64,000 bases of DNA from Lachnospiraceae bacterium (GTDB lineage Bacteria > Bacillota > Clostridia > Lachnospirales > Lachnospiraceae), in NCBI GenBank assembly GCA_019423745.1, contig JAHZAV010000010.1:4727-68726 (forward strand), written 5' to 3'. The translations under genes and the position numbers were made by a program. The notes under the pieces were generated by a model that ran no database searches, was not told the DNA's origin, and saw only the letters and a list, made by a program, of their open reading frames with translations. Below are positions 30,682-40,116 of the stretch, in pieces (position 1 is the stretch's first letter; every line of letters begins with the position of its first letter).

Positions 30682-32775
30682 TTATATAATTCCGAACAGC
30701 AGCTCTCCATATGCTGGGAAAGGCCACGCTGATGATGCAGTCATGGATTCTAACGCATCAATATCCGTTCGGAGTTTTTCCATTGCCGGTATTACAGAAT
30801 CACGGTAATAGAAAGCTTCTTTTTCAAAATCAGAAATTTTTTCGGCCTCTTTTAATGCAGATTTCAAATCTTCCAGTTTTGAATAAGCAGATGAAGTAAG
30901 AGCAGAAAGTTTTTTAACAGATGCATATTCATAACAGCAGTTGATATCACTACCCAGTGCTTTTTTGGAAAGAGCTGTATCTGCAATGGAATGACTATAA
31001 CCGGATACTGCCGGAAGGATATCCTTTTCAGCCATATCAGCCATGGTAAGAGCTTCGATATGCAGAACTTTTACATAGTTTTCCATTAAAATTTCGTAGC
31101 GTGCCTGCATTTCTTCTTTGATAAATACTTTATGAGTAGTAAATAAACGGACATTCTTTTCAGATAAAAAGCAGGGAAGAGCATCCGGTGTTGTAGGTAA
31201 GTTTAAAAGGCCACGTCTCTTGGCTTCTTCAATCCACGCTTCGTCATAACCATTTCCATTAAAAATAATTCTTTTATGATCATGGATTGTCTTTCGAATT
31301 AGGTTGTGAAGATCACGGTCAAAATCATCGGTTTTTTCCAAAATGTCCGCAAATTGTTTTAGTTCTTCGGCCACAGCTGTGTTCAGGACAATATTAGGAC
31401 CGGAAATAGAAGCGGAAGAGCCTAACATTCGAAATTCAAATTTATTTCCGGTAAATGCAAAAGGAGAAGTCCGGTTCCGGTCAGTCGTATCTTTGGGGAA
31501 TTTTGGAAGTACATGCACGCCTATACGCATGAGCTCTTTTTCACGTCCGTCATAATTTTCATCTTTTTCAATTGCCTTCAGAATTTCTGTCAGCTCCGAT
31601 CCGAGAAACATAGAAATAACAGCCGGAGGAGCTTCATTTGCCCCTAGTCTGTGATCATTTCCCGCGGATGCGGCAGATAGCCGGAGGAGATCCTGATATT
31701 CGTCTACTGCTTTTATGACTGCACACAGGAATAAAAGAAACTGTGCATTTTTCGATGGAGTATCGCCAGGCTCCAGAAGATTGATGCCAGTGTCAGTAGA
31801 GATAGACCAGTTGTTGTGTTTTCCGCTTCCGTTGATGCCTTCAAATGGTTTCTCATGAAGAAGACAGACAAGGTCGTGCTTTTTGGCTATCCTTTGCATC
31901 AGTTCCATCATTAACTGGTTGTGATCAGTTGCGATATTTGTAGTAGTAAAGATAGGAGCCAGTTCATGCTGTGCAGGAGCTACCTCATTGTGTTCTGTTT
32001 TTGCAAGAATTCCCAGTTTCCAGAGCTCTTCATTGAGTTCCTTCATATAAGCCTGAACACGAGATTTAATTGTGCCAAAATAATGATCTTCCAATTCCTG
32101 ACCTTTTGGGGCTGGAGCTCCAAAAAGTGTTCTTCCTGTGTAAATAAGATCTTTGCGTTTTTCATAGAATTTCTTATCTACCAGAAAATATTCCTGCTCC
32201 GGTCCAACCGTTGTTTTAACAGATGTTACATTTTCATTTCCAAACAGGCGAATGACACGTAGAGCTTGACGGTTAATCGCCTGCATACTGCGAAGAAGAG
32301 GAGTTTTTTTATCCAGGGCATAACCGCTGTAAGAACAGAAAGCAGTGGGAATGCACAGAACTCCATTTTTAATAAATGCATAGGCCGTAGGATCCCAGGC
32401 TGTATATCCGCGAGCTTCAAAAGTGGCACGAAGTCCGCCAGATGGAAAAGATGAGGCATCCGGCTCTCCCTGTACCAGCTCTTTGCCGGAAAATTCCATG
32501 ATTACTTTACCGTCTTGGTCCGGAGAGATGAAGCTGTCATGTTTTTCGGCAGTTCTTCCGGTCATAGGCTGGAACCAGTGTGTATAATGTGTCACACCTT
32601 TTTCAATAGCCCAATCTTTCATAGCATTTGCAACTACATTAGCAATATTGATGTCTAGGCTTCTGCCATCTTTCATTGTTCTTTGAAGTTGGCGAAACGT
32701 TTCTTTTGGAAGGCGTTCTTTCATAACAGATTCATCAAAAACCATTGAACCAAATTTTTCTGTAACTGTACTCAT
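30682..32775 (-). CDS. glnA: Glutamine synthetase type III
   Basis: 697 aa; [69 protein letters not shown]. Confidence 0.95.
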   Translation of the reverse strand: MSTVTEKFGSMVFDESVMKERLPKETFRQLQRTMKDGRSLDINIANVVANAMKDWAIEKGVTHYTHWFQPMTGRTAEKHDSFISPDQDGKVIMEFSGKELVQGEPDASSFPSGGLRATFEARGYTAWDPTAYAFIKNGVLCIPTAFCSYSGYALDKKTPLLRSMQAINRQALRVIRLFGNENVTSVKTTVGPEQEYFLVDKKFYEKRKDLIYTGRTLFGAPAPKGQELEDHYFGTIKSRVQAYMKELNEELWKLGILAKTEHNEVAPAQHELAPIFTTTNIATDHNQLMMELMQRIAKKHDLVCLLHEKPFEGINGSGKHNNWSISTDTGINLLEPGDTPSKNAQFLLFLCAVIKAVDEYQDLLRLSAASAGNDHRLGANEAPPAVISMFLGSELTEILKAIEKDENYDGREKELMRIGVHVLPKFPKDTTDRNRTSPFAFTGNKFEFRMLGSSASISGPNIVLNTAVAEELKQFADILEKTDDFDRDLHNLIRKTIHDHKRIIFNGNGYDEAWIEEAKRRGLLNLPTTPDALPCFLSEKNVRLFTTHKVFIKEEMQARYEILMENYVKVLHIEALTMADMAEKDILPAVSGYSHSIADTALSKKALGSDINCCYEYASVKKLSALTSSAYSKLEDLKSALKEAEKISDFEKEAFYYRDSVIPAMEKLRTDIDALESMTASSAWPFPAYGELLFGII

Positions 32776-32811
32776 TTACTCTGCATCTCCTTTTCTTGGC
32801 ATAAATAACAA

Positions 32812-32908
32812 AAACGACAAAGGCACCGTTCTCCCTTTTCTGTAAGGAAAACAGCGCCTTTGCCGTTTCTATGCCTAAGACTATACTGCTCAAAAAATCT
32901 TTTGTCAA
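32812..32908 (-). promoter_or_regulatory. Promoter plus leader terminator with ANTAR-type hairpin (GSIII operon)
   Basis: Minus strand TTGACA-17-TATAGT; hairpin ACGGC-AAAGGC-GCTGT (A1/G4 hexaloop, 32851-32866) in the 5' arm of a ~25-bp terminator stem ending in a U tract. Confidence 0.75.
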
Positions 32909-32959
32909 ATATTTTTTTGTATTTATTTTGATACAATCCTCATGACTAAGGACGATAAG

Positions 32960-33075
32960 TTGACAAATAAAGGGAAATCCGCTATATTTCACCTATAAAA
33001 AGTAAGGGCAAGGGTGTTCTTTACGGGGGAAGATAACAAAAAGGGTTGTCTTGCCTGTGTGAAGAATACCCTTTT
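32960..33075 (+). promoter_or_regulatory. Promoter plus leader terminator with weaker ANTAR-type hairpin (GS-I-like operon)
   Basis: TTGACA-17-TATATT; GGGC-AAGGGT-GTTC (33006-33019) overlapping the long hairpin AAGGGTGTTCTTT...GAAGAATACCCTTTT. Confidence 0.6.
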
Positions 33076-33102
33076 ATTGTACCGCACGAAAGGAAGGGTT
33101 TT

Positions 33103-34317
33103 ATGAGTGCATATGAATATGAAAAAGTCATGACTTTTGTAGATGAGGAGGATGTGAAATTTATCCGACTTGCCTTTTTTGATGTGTTTGGAATACAGAA
33201 GAATATTTCAATTATGCCAGGACAGTTAGAGCGTGCGTTTCGGGAAGGAATTTCCTTTGATGCATCAGCAGTAGATGGGTTTGGCGATGAAGTAAAAAGC
33301 GATCTTTTTCTGCATCCGGATCCGTCAACTTTTTGCATTCTTCCATGGAGACCGTCTGTTGGAAGAGTGGCAAGGATGTATTGTGATATTCGTTATCCGG
33401 ATGGTACTCTTTATGAAAAAGACAGCAGATATATTTTAAAGCAGGCAGTAGAAAAAGCAAGGGAAAAAGGGTTGACTGTCTACTTTGGCACAGAAGTGGA
33501 GTTTTATCTGTTTGAGACAGATGAAAAGGGAAATCCTACGAGAAATCCTTTTGATCATGCAGGATATATGGATATTGCTCCGGAAGATAAAGGGGAAAAT
33601 ATACGCCGGGAAATCTGTTTTACTCTTATCGATATGGGAATTGAGCCAGAGGCTTCACATCATGAAGAGGGACCTGGGCAAAACGAAATTGACTTCCAAT
33701 ACAGCGATGCTTTAAGTGCTGCTGATAATACAGCCTCCTTCAAGTGGATTGTGCGTACTGCAGCAATGGGAAATGGATTATGTGCTGATTTTTCTCCGAA
33801 ACCGGTGAAAGAATATGCAGGAAATGGGATGCATATTAATATGTCTGTTCAAAGTGAAGACGGAAAAGATTACAACAGACAATTCATGAGCGGAATTTTA
33901 AAACATATCAGAGAAATCACTTTATTTTTAAATCCGTCAGAGGAATCTTATATGAGACTTGGAGAGAAGAAAGCCCCAAAGTATATCACATGGTCTCCGG
34001 AAAATAGGTCACAGTTAATTCGGATTCCGGCTGTGAAAAATGGGCGAAAGAGGATTGAACTTAGATCTCCCGATCCAACAGCAAATCCGTATTTGGCATT
34101 TGCGTTGCTAATTTATGCAGGACTGGATGGAATTGAACATAACATTCCATTGATGGAGCCACAAAATATTAATCTTTACAAGGCTGGAAATGAAGTGACT
34201 GATCAATTGAAAAAACTGCCGGAAAGTAAAGGAGAGGCGTGGGATGCAGCAAGCAGCAGCCCTCTTATTAAAGCAGTTCTCCCGGAAGCTTATCTTGAAG
34301 TGTATAAGAAGATATAG
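33103..34317 (+). CDS. Glutamine synthetase type I-like protein (atypical, 404 aa)
   Basis: VKFIRLAFFD, GTEVEF, HHEEGPGQNE, GNGMH, NRSQLIRIP, RIELRSPDPTANPYL; flap reads RLGEKKAP instead of RLVPGYEAP; short C-terminus. Confidence 0.85.
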   Translation: MSAYEYEKVMTFVDEEDVKFIRLAFFDVFGIQKNISIMPGQLERAFREGISFDASAVDGFGDEVKSDLFLHPDPSTFCILPWRPSVGRVARMYCDIRYPDGTLYEKDSRYILKQAVEKAREKGLTVYFGTEVEFYLFETDEKGNPTRNPFDHAGYMDIAPEDKGENIRREICFTLIDMGIEPEASHHEEGPGQNEIDFQYSDALSAADNTASFKWIVRTAAMGNGLCADFSPKPVKEYAGNGMHINMSVQSEDGKDYNRQFMSGILKHIREITLFLNPSEESYMRLGEKKAPKYITWSPENRSQLIRIPAVKNGRKRIELRSPDPTANPYLAFALLIYAGLDGIEHNIPLMEPQNINLYKAGNEVTDQLKKLPESKGEAWDAASSSPLIKAVLPEAYLEVYKKI

Positions 34318-34375
34318 AATCGTTTTTATACATAGGCGAAAGCGATTCGAGAAACAGTTGTAGAGGAGAGAGGAC

Positions 34376-34960
34376 ATGTTTACAGAAAAAGGAAGGTATC
34401 GTATATTGATTGTTTCCAGAGCAGAAAAAATGGCCGAACTCTTTAAAGAAACATTTCCAGGTCCGCAGTACAAAGATGTATCATGTGCAGCAGCGGCCGG
34501 AGATGCCAAACGGCTATGTGTCAGTAATTTGTACGATATACTTATTATTAATACACCGCTGGCTGATGATTTTGGCGTAAGGACAGCAATTGATCTTTCA
34601 GAGCAGCACCATAATATGGGGATCCTTTTGCTTGTGAAAAATGAAATGTATGAGCAGGTTGTCTGTCAGGTAGAAGATTATGGTATTATAACGCTTCCAA
34701 AACCTACTACAAAGCAAAATCTTTATGTAGCAGTTAAGATGTTAAGTGCTCTGCAGATGAAAATAAAAAGGATAGAAAAGGAGTCCAGACGGTTAAAAGA
34801 GAAAATGCAGGAGCTTCGCACCATTGACCGGGCAAAATGGGTGCTGGTAGATCAAAGAAAGATGAGTGAACCAGATGCTCATCGATATATTGAAAGAAAA
34901 GCTATGGACTTGTGTGTTCGGAAAATAGATATTGCAGAGGAAATCCTGAAGGATCTGTAA
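34376..34960 (+). CDS. Pseudo-receiver plus ANTAR RNA-binding antiterminator (NitR/AmiR-like)
   Basis: ANTAR motif IDRAKWVLV...MSEPDAHRYIERKAMD; receiver-like N-terminus with IVSR and LIIN where acidic residues are expected. Confidence 0.88.
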   Translation: MFTEKGRYRILIVSRAEKMAELFKETFPGPQYKDVSCAAAAGDAKRLCVSNLYDILIINTPLADDFGVRTAIDLSEQHHNMGILLLVKNEMYEQVVCQVEDYGIITLPKPTTKQNLYVAVKMLSALQMKIKRIEKESRRLKEKMQELRTIDRAKWVLVDQRKMSEPDAHRYIERKAMDLCVRKIDIAEEILKDL

Positions 34961-34998
34961 CATACATATATAAAGTGAAAGGTTACCAGTTTTTACCA

Positions 34999-35027
34999 GT
35001 GTAAAAGTTTTCCTTCTTCGCATACTA
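34999..35027 (+). promoter_or_regulatory. SigG/SigF-type promoter of spoIVB
   Basis: GTGTA-17-CATACTA. Confidence 0.55.
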
Positions 35028-35075
35028 ACAAAAGACAGTTTAATAAAAAAGACAGATTGGTAGTGGAGAGACAGT

Positions 35076-36140
35076 ATGAGAAGATTTTGGTACAGACGAA
35101 TAATGGTTATGATACTGGTGTTTGCCGTATCGGTAGGAGGCGGCTGGTATGTAATCCGAACAAATCAGGAAGCGTTGGAACGGGAAGTAGGCGCGGATAC
35201 TTCTAATGAACTTCTCATTCCCGGAGGGATGCCAGTAGGAATCTATTTGGAAACAGAAGGGGCACTTGTATTAGGTACAGAGGGTGTAACAGGGGAAGAT
35301 GGGCAGGAGTATGAACCAGCCGCTCATCTTGTGAAAGAAGGGGACTATATAATTGGTCTGGATGATGAGGAGATTAAAAATAAATCGGAACTTATTGAGG
35401 CTGTGGCAGCGCTGGAAAGTGACGATATTGTTTTGACAGTACTTCGGAATAATCAAAAGATTGATATTCGGATGAAAGCGGTTCGATGTGAGAGAAATGA
35501 ATACAAGCTTGGGATATGGGTAAGAGATAATGCACAGGGACTGGGCACAGTAACATTTTTAAGTGCAGACAGTCAATTTGGAGCCCTTGGACATGGAATT
35601 CGTGATACGGATACAGGTCAGCTTCTGAATGCTTCTGATGGACTTTTATATACAACTAGTATTAAAGACATTCAAAAAGGAGAAAATGGTACACCAGGCG
35701 GACTAGAAGGGATTATTGTATATAACAATTATAATATTCTAGGAACAATTCAAGAGAATACAAGTGAAGGTATATATGGAAAGCTTGACCGGGTAGATAC
35801 GCTTTTTACGGATACCACACCTATGGAACCGGCGCTTGAAGAATCTGAAGTAAAAGAAGGGGAGGCGGTTATTCGTTGTGCAGTAAGCGGCAGTGTAAAA
35901 GATTATAAGATTCGTATTACAAAAATCGACGAAAACGCCAAAGAAACGAACAAAAAGTTACAGATTGAAGTAACAGATAAAGAGCTTTTAGAACTTACGG
36001 GAGGTATTATACAAGGAATGAGCGGAAGCCCTATCATTCAAGATGGAAAGATTGTTGGAGCAGTTACGCATGTATTTGTAAATAATCCAAAAGAAGGATA
36101 TGGCATATTTATACAGGATATGTTGAAACATATCGAATAA
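35076..36140 (+). CDS. spoIVB: SpoIVB peptidase (S55) with PDZ domain
   Basis: LIPGGMPVG, LGIWVRD, GALGHG, GGIIQGMSGSPIIQDGK, GAVTHVF; upstream of spo0A. Confidence 0.93.
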   Translation: MRRFWYRRIMVMILVFAVSVGGGWYVIRTNQEALEREVGADTSNELLIPGGMPVGIYLETEGALVLGTEGVTGEDGQEYEPAAHLVKEGDYIIGLDDEEIKNKSELIEAVAALESDDIVLTVLRNNQKIDIRMKAVRCERNEYKLGIWVRDNAQGLGTVTFLSADSQFGALGHGIRDTDTGQLLNASDGLLYTTSIKDIQKGENGTPGGLEGIIVYNNYNILGTIQENTSEGIYGKLDRVDTLFTDTTPMEPALEESEVKEGEAVIRCAVSGSVKDYKIRITKIDENAKETNKKLQIEVTDKELLELTGGIIQGMSGSPIIQDGKIVGAVTHVFVNNPKEGYGIFIQDMLKHIE

Positions 36141-36257
36141 GCTGAAAATAGCAGAACCATGTCGAGATTTTACGACCTTAATTTCTTGATTTCGCAACCT
36201 GCGGATTTTATAATTTTCCTTGACAGTTTTTCAAGAAATAGATAGGAGGATTATGGA

Positions 36258-37049
36258 ATGGGAGAGATTCGCGTAGCAATCGCCGACGACAATGAAAGAA
36301 TCCTGGAACTGCTTGGCGAAATAATAAGCAGTGATCGGGAGCTGAGTCTGGTGGGAAAGGCAAATAACGGGGAAGATATGTGCAGTGTTATTAAGGAAAA
36401 AGAACCGGATGTTGTCCTTCTTGATCTGATTATGCCAAAGATGGATGGGCTAAGTGTGATGGACCATGTGAATCATGACAAAACATTGAAAAAGAGGCCG
36501 AATTTTATTGTGGTGACAGCAGTAGGACAGGAGAGGATTACAGAAGATGCCTTCAACAAAGGAGCGATGTACTATGTGATGAAGCCTTTCAATAATGAAA
36601 TGATTTTGGAAAGGATCAAACAGGTTGGCCAGAAAGGGGCCAATACGTTTTCGCATATTGGTGAATCCAGCCATTCTAAAGAAGAAGATCCTCAGATCAG
36701 TCTGGAAAATCGGGTAACAGATATGATTCATGAGATCGGTATACCAGCTCATATTAAAGGATATCATTATCTTAGAGATGCCATTATGATGGCTGTGGAA
36801 GATATGGATGTTCTTAATGCAGTGACGAAGGTATTATATCCTACCGTAGCGAAACATCATCAGACTACGGCAAGCAGAGTGGAGAGAGCAATTCGCCATG
36901 CCATTGAAGTGGCCTGGAGCAGAGGAAAGCTGGATACGCTGGATGAATTGTTCGGATATACAGTAAGCAACGGGAAGGGAAAACCTACGAATTCAGAGTT
37001 TATTGCACTTATTGCGGATACGCTTAGGCTGGAATATAAAAACAGATAA
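36258..37049 (+). CDS. spo0A: Sporulation master regulator Spo0A
   Basis: Receiver (ADDN, LDLIMP) plus [33 protein letters not shown]. Confidence 0.97.
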   Translation: MGEIRVAIADDNERILELLGEIISSDRELSLVGKANNGEDMCSVIKEKEPDVVLLDLIMPKMDGLSVMDHVNHDKTLKKRPNFIVVTAVGQERITEDAFNKGAMYYVMKPFNNEMILERIKQVGQKGANTFSHIGESSHSKEEDPQISLENRVTDMIHEIGIPAHIKGYHYLRDAIMMAVEDMDVLNAVTKVLYPTVAKHHQTTASRVERAIRHAIEVAWSRGKLDTLDELFGYTVSNGKGKPTNSEFIALIADTLRLEYKNR

Positions 37050-37122
37050 CTCTTTTCATCTGAAAAAAAATACGATATAATATTTTTATAGCGTATATTG
37101 TGAGGATGGGAGGACCTTAATT

Positions 37123-38559
37123 ATGAAGAAAATACTTTTTGCAGCGTCAGAATCTGTACCGTTTATAAAAACGGGGGGGCTGGCAGATGTAGTTGGCTCT
37201 TTACCCAAATATTTTGATAAAGAAAAATACGATGTCCGTGTAATGATTCCGAAGTATCTTTGCATTAAGGAAGAATGGAGAAACAAGATGCAGTATCGGA
37301 CACATTTTTACATGGATCTGAACTGGAGAACAGAATATGTTGGAATTCTGGAGTTAGAGTACGAAGGAATAACCTTTTATTTTATAGATAATGAATACTA
37401 CTTTAATGGCTGGACTCCATATGGAGATATTTATGCTGATATTGAAAAGTTTGCATTTTTTTCAAAGGCAGTGCTTTCCGCCCTTCCGGTCATTGATTTT
37501 AGACCTGATATTATCCATTGTCATGACTGGCAGACAGGACTTATCCCGGTATATTTGGATAACTTCCGTTATGGAAATGAGTATTACAGAGGAATCCGTA
37601 CAGTTATGACAATACATAACCTGAAGTTCCAGGGAACATGGGATACGGCGAGAGTAAAGGATATTACAGGTCTTCCATCATACTATTTTGTTCCGGATAA
37701 ACTGGAAGCGTATAAAGATGCAAATTACTTAAAAGGCGGTATTGTCTATGCAGACCGTATAACAACCGTAAGTAATACCTATGCAGAAGAGATCAAAATG
37801 CCATTTTACGGGGAAAAGCTGGATGGTCTTATGAATGCCAGATCTAATTGCTTATCTGGAATTGTGAATGGTATTGATTATGAGGATTATGATCCAGAGA
37901 CAGACAAGCATATTGCAAGAAATTATTCCGTAGAAAATTTCCGTAAAGAGAAAATCAAAAATAAAATGGCCCTTCAGGAGGAAATGAACCTTACACAGGA
38001 TCATCATGTAATGATGATAGGAATTGTTTCACGATTGACTGACCAGAAAGGCTTTGATCTGATTAACTGTATAATGGATGAATTGTGTCAGGATGCAGTA
38101 CAGATTGTTGTGCTTGGTACAGGCGAAGCACGGTATGAGAATATGTTCCGTCATTTCGCATGGAAATATCAGGGAAAAGTAGCAGCCAATATTTTTTATT
38201 CAGAGGAATTGTCTCACAAAGTTTATGCATCCTGCGATGCGTTCCTTATGCCGTCACTGTTTGAACCTTGTGGTCTTAGCCAGTTGATGAGCCTTAGATA
38301 TGGAACGGTACCGATTGTGCGTGAGACAGGAGGACTGAAAGATACAGTAGAACCATATAACGAATATGAGAAAACCGGAACAGGATTTAGCTTTTGTAAT
38401 TATAATGCCCATGAGATGCTTGGGACAATTAGATACGCAGAGAGAATCTTTTATGACCACAAGCGTGACTGGAATAAAATAGTTGAAAGAGGCATGAAAA
38501 AAGATTTTTCATGGAATAACTCTGCAAGACAGTACGAACAGCTTTATGATGAATTATAA
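37123..38559 (+). CDS. glgA: Glycogen synthase
   Basis: KTGGLADV, HCHDWQT, TIHNL, RLTDQKG, FEPCGLSQ, TGGLKDTV. Confidence 0.96.
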   Translation: MKKILFAASESVPFIKTGGLADVVGSLPKYFDKEKYDVRVMIPKYLCIKEEWRNKMQYRTHFYMDLNWRTEYVGILELEYEGITFYFIDNEYYFNGWTPYGDIYADIEKFAFFSKAVLSALPVIDFRPDIIHCHDWQTGLIPVYLDNFRYGNEYYRGIRTVMTIHNLKFQGTWDTARVKDITGLPSYYFVPDKLEAYKDANYLKGGIVYADRITTVSNTYAEEIKMPFYGEKLDGLMNARSNCLSGIVNGIDYEDYDPETDKHIARNYSVENFRKEKIKNKMALQEEMNLTQDHHVMMIGIVSRLTDQKGFDLINCIMDELCQDAVQIVVLGTGEARYENMFRHFAWKYQGKVAANIFYSEELSHKVYASCDAFLMPSLFEPCGLSQLMSLRYGTVPIVRETGGLKDTVEPYNEYEKTGTGFSFCNYNAHEMLGTIRYAERIFYDHKRDWNKIVERGMKKDFSWNNSARQYEQLYDEL

Positions 38560-38589
38560 ATAAAAATACAGCATTAGGAGAGGACAGAC

Positions 38590-39459
38590 ATGAAGATAAA
38601 AGATATTTTAAGAGAAGAGAAAGTACATATTTCCTTTGAGGTATTTCCGCCAAAAACCGATGCGGGATATGAGACAGTTTTAAATGCAACAGAAAAAATT
38701 GCAGCATTGAAACCGGCATTTATGAGCGTGACATATGGGGCCGGTGGGGGTACAAGCAAAAATACGGCTAATATTGCGTCACATATTCAGGATGACTTTC
38801 ATGTGACAAGTCTGGCTCATCTGACTTGTGCATCTTCTACTAAGGAAGAGGTACATACAGTTATAGAAAATCTAAAAGAGAAAGGAATAGAAAATATACT
38901 GGCTCTTCGGGGAGATATACCGGCAAATGCAGAGTTTCCTCTTCCAAATCACTATAGATATGCCAGCGAATTAATTGAAGATATCAAAAGTCAGGGAGAT
39001 TTCTGTATTGGAGCAGCTTGTTATCCGGAGGGACATGTGGATACAGAACATAAAAAAGATGACATTAGAAATCTGAAAAAGAAAGTAGACTGCGGAGTGG
39101 ATTTCCTTACGACACAGATGTTTTTTGACAATAATATTCTTTACAATTTCCTTTACCGTATACGGGAGCAGGGAATTACTGTTCCGGTACTTCCAGGGAT
39201 CATGCCGGTAACGAATGGGAAACAGATTGCCAGAATCTGTCAGCTTTCCGGAACAATTCTGCCGGAGCGTTTCCGTGCTGTAGTAGATCGTTTCGGAGAT
39301 AACCCGGCAGCGATGCAGCAGGCAGGTATAGCGTATGCAACAGATCAGATTGTAGATTTGATTGCCAATGGGATCCATAATATACATATTTATTCTATGA
39401 ATAAACCGGAAATTGCAAAGGCAATTATGACGAATCTTTCAGAAATTATAAAGGCGTAG
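38590..39459 (+). CDS. metF: Methylenetetrahydrofolate reductase
   Basis: SFEVFPPK, SVTYGAGG, AHLTC, LALRGD, YPEGH, TQMFFD. Confidence 0.95.
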   Translation: MKIKDILREEKVHISFEVFPPKTDAGYETVLNATEKIAALKPAFMSVTYGAGGGTSKNTANIASHIQDDFHVTSLAHLTCASSTKEEVHTVIENLKEKGIENILALRGDIPANAEFPLPNHYRYASELIEDIKSQGDFCIGAACYPEGHVDTEHKKDDIRNLKKKVDCGVDFLTTQMFFDNNILYNFLYRIREQGITVPVLPGIMPVTNGKQIARICQLSGTILPERFRAVVDRFGDNPAAMQQAGIAYATDQIVDLIANGIHNIHIYSMNKPEIAKAIMTNLSEIIKA

Positions 39460-39465
39460 AGACAT

Positions 39466-40116
39466 ATGGATACAAGGACAAAAGAAGCAGTCCGGTATCT
39501 TGGCTATGGCAGACATGCGGTAGATGAGGCGACAATGAACCTGATCAGCCAATCCTTTCAGGAGTTGGAGAAGGTAGTAAACGCCCGGATTGTCTACCGC
39601 ATTTTTCTTGTATATGACATGCCGGATGATCGGATAGAAATTGGCGGAATGAAAATAAAAAGCAAAAATCTTGGGAAAAATATGAAAGGGTGCCGGGAAG
39701 CGGTGTTGCTGGGAGCTACATTGGGAGCAGGTGTAGATATCCTTATGCGGCGTGTTTCATTGACAGATATGGCTAAAGCCGTCGTTTTGCAGGCATGTGC
39801 AGCAGCAATGCTGGAAGAATATCTGGATCAGAAGCAGGAGGAAATTGCGAAAGAACTGGAAAAAGAAGGAAAATATCTTCGGCCTAGGTTTAGTCCGGGA
39901 TATGGGGATTTCTCTATTGATCACCAGGGGCAGATTCTTGCTATGCTGGATGCACCGAAAAAGATTGGTCTAGCAATGACCGAGGGAAATATGCTGACCC
40001 CTATAAAATCTGTTACAGCGGTGATTGCAGTCAGTACCCACAAAGAACCTTGTCATAGAAAAGGCTGTGAAGAATGTGAAAAAAGAGACTGTTTATATCG
40101 GAGGAACGAAGGATGA
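39466..40116 (+). CDS. Stand-alone methionine synthase reactivation domain
   Basis: ATLG, RFSPGYGD, LTPIKSVTA, Cys-rich tail; ATGA overlap with the next gene. Confidence 0.85.
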   Translation: MDTRTKEAVRYLGYGRHAVDEATMNLISQSFQELEKVVNARIVYRIFLVYDMPDDRIEIGGMKIKSKNLGKNMKGCREAVLLGATLGAGVDILMRRVSLTDMAKAVVLQACAAAMLEEYLDQKQEEIAKELEKEGKYLRPRFSPGYGDFSIDHQGQILAMLDAPKKIGLAMTEGNMLTPIKSVTAVIAVSTHKEPCHRKGCEECEKRDCLYRRNEG

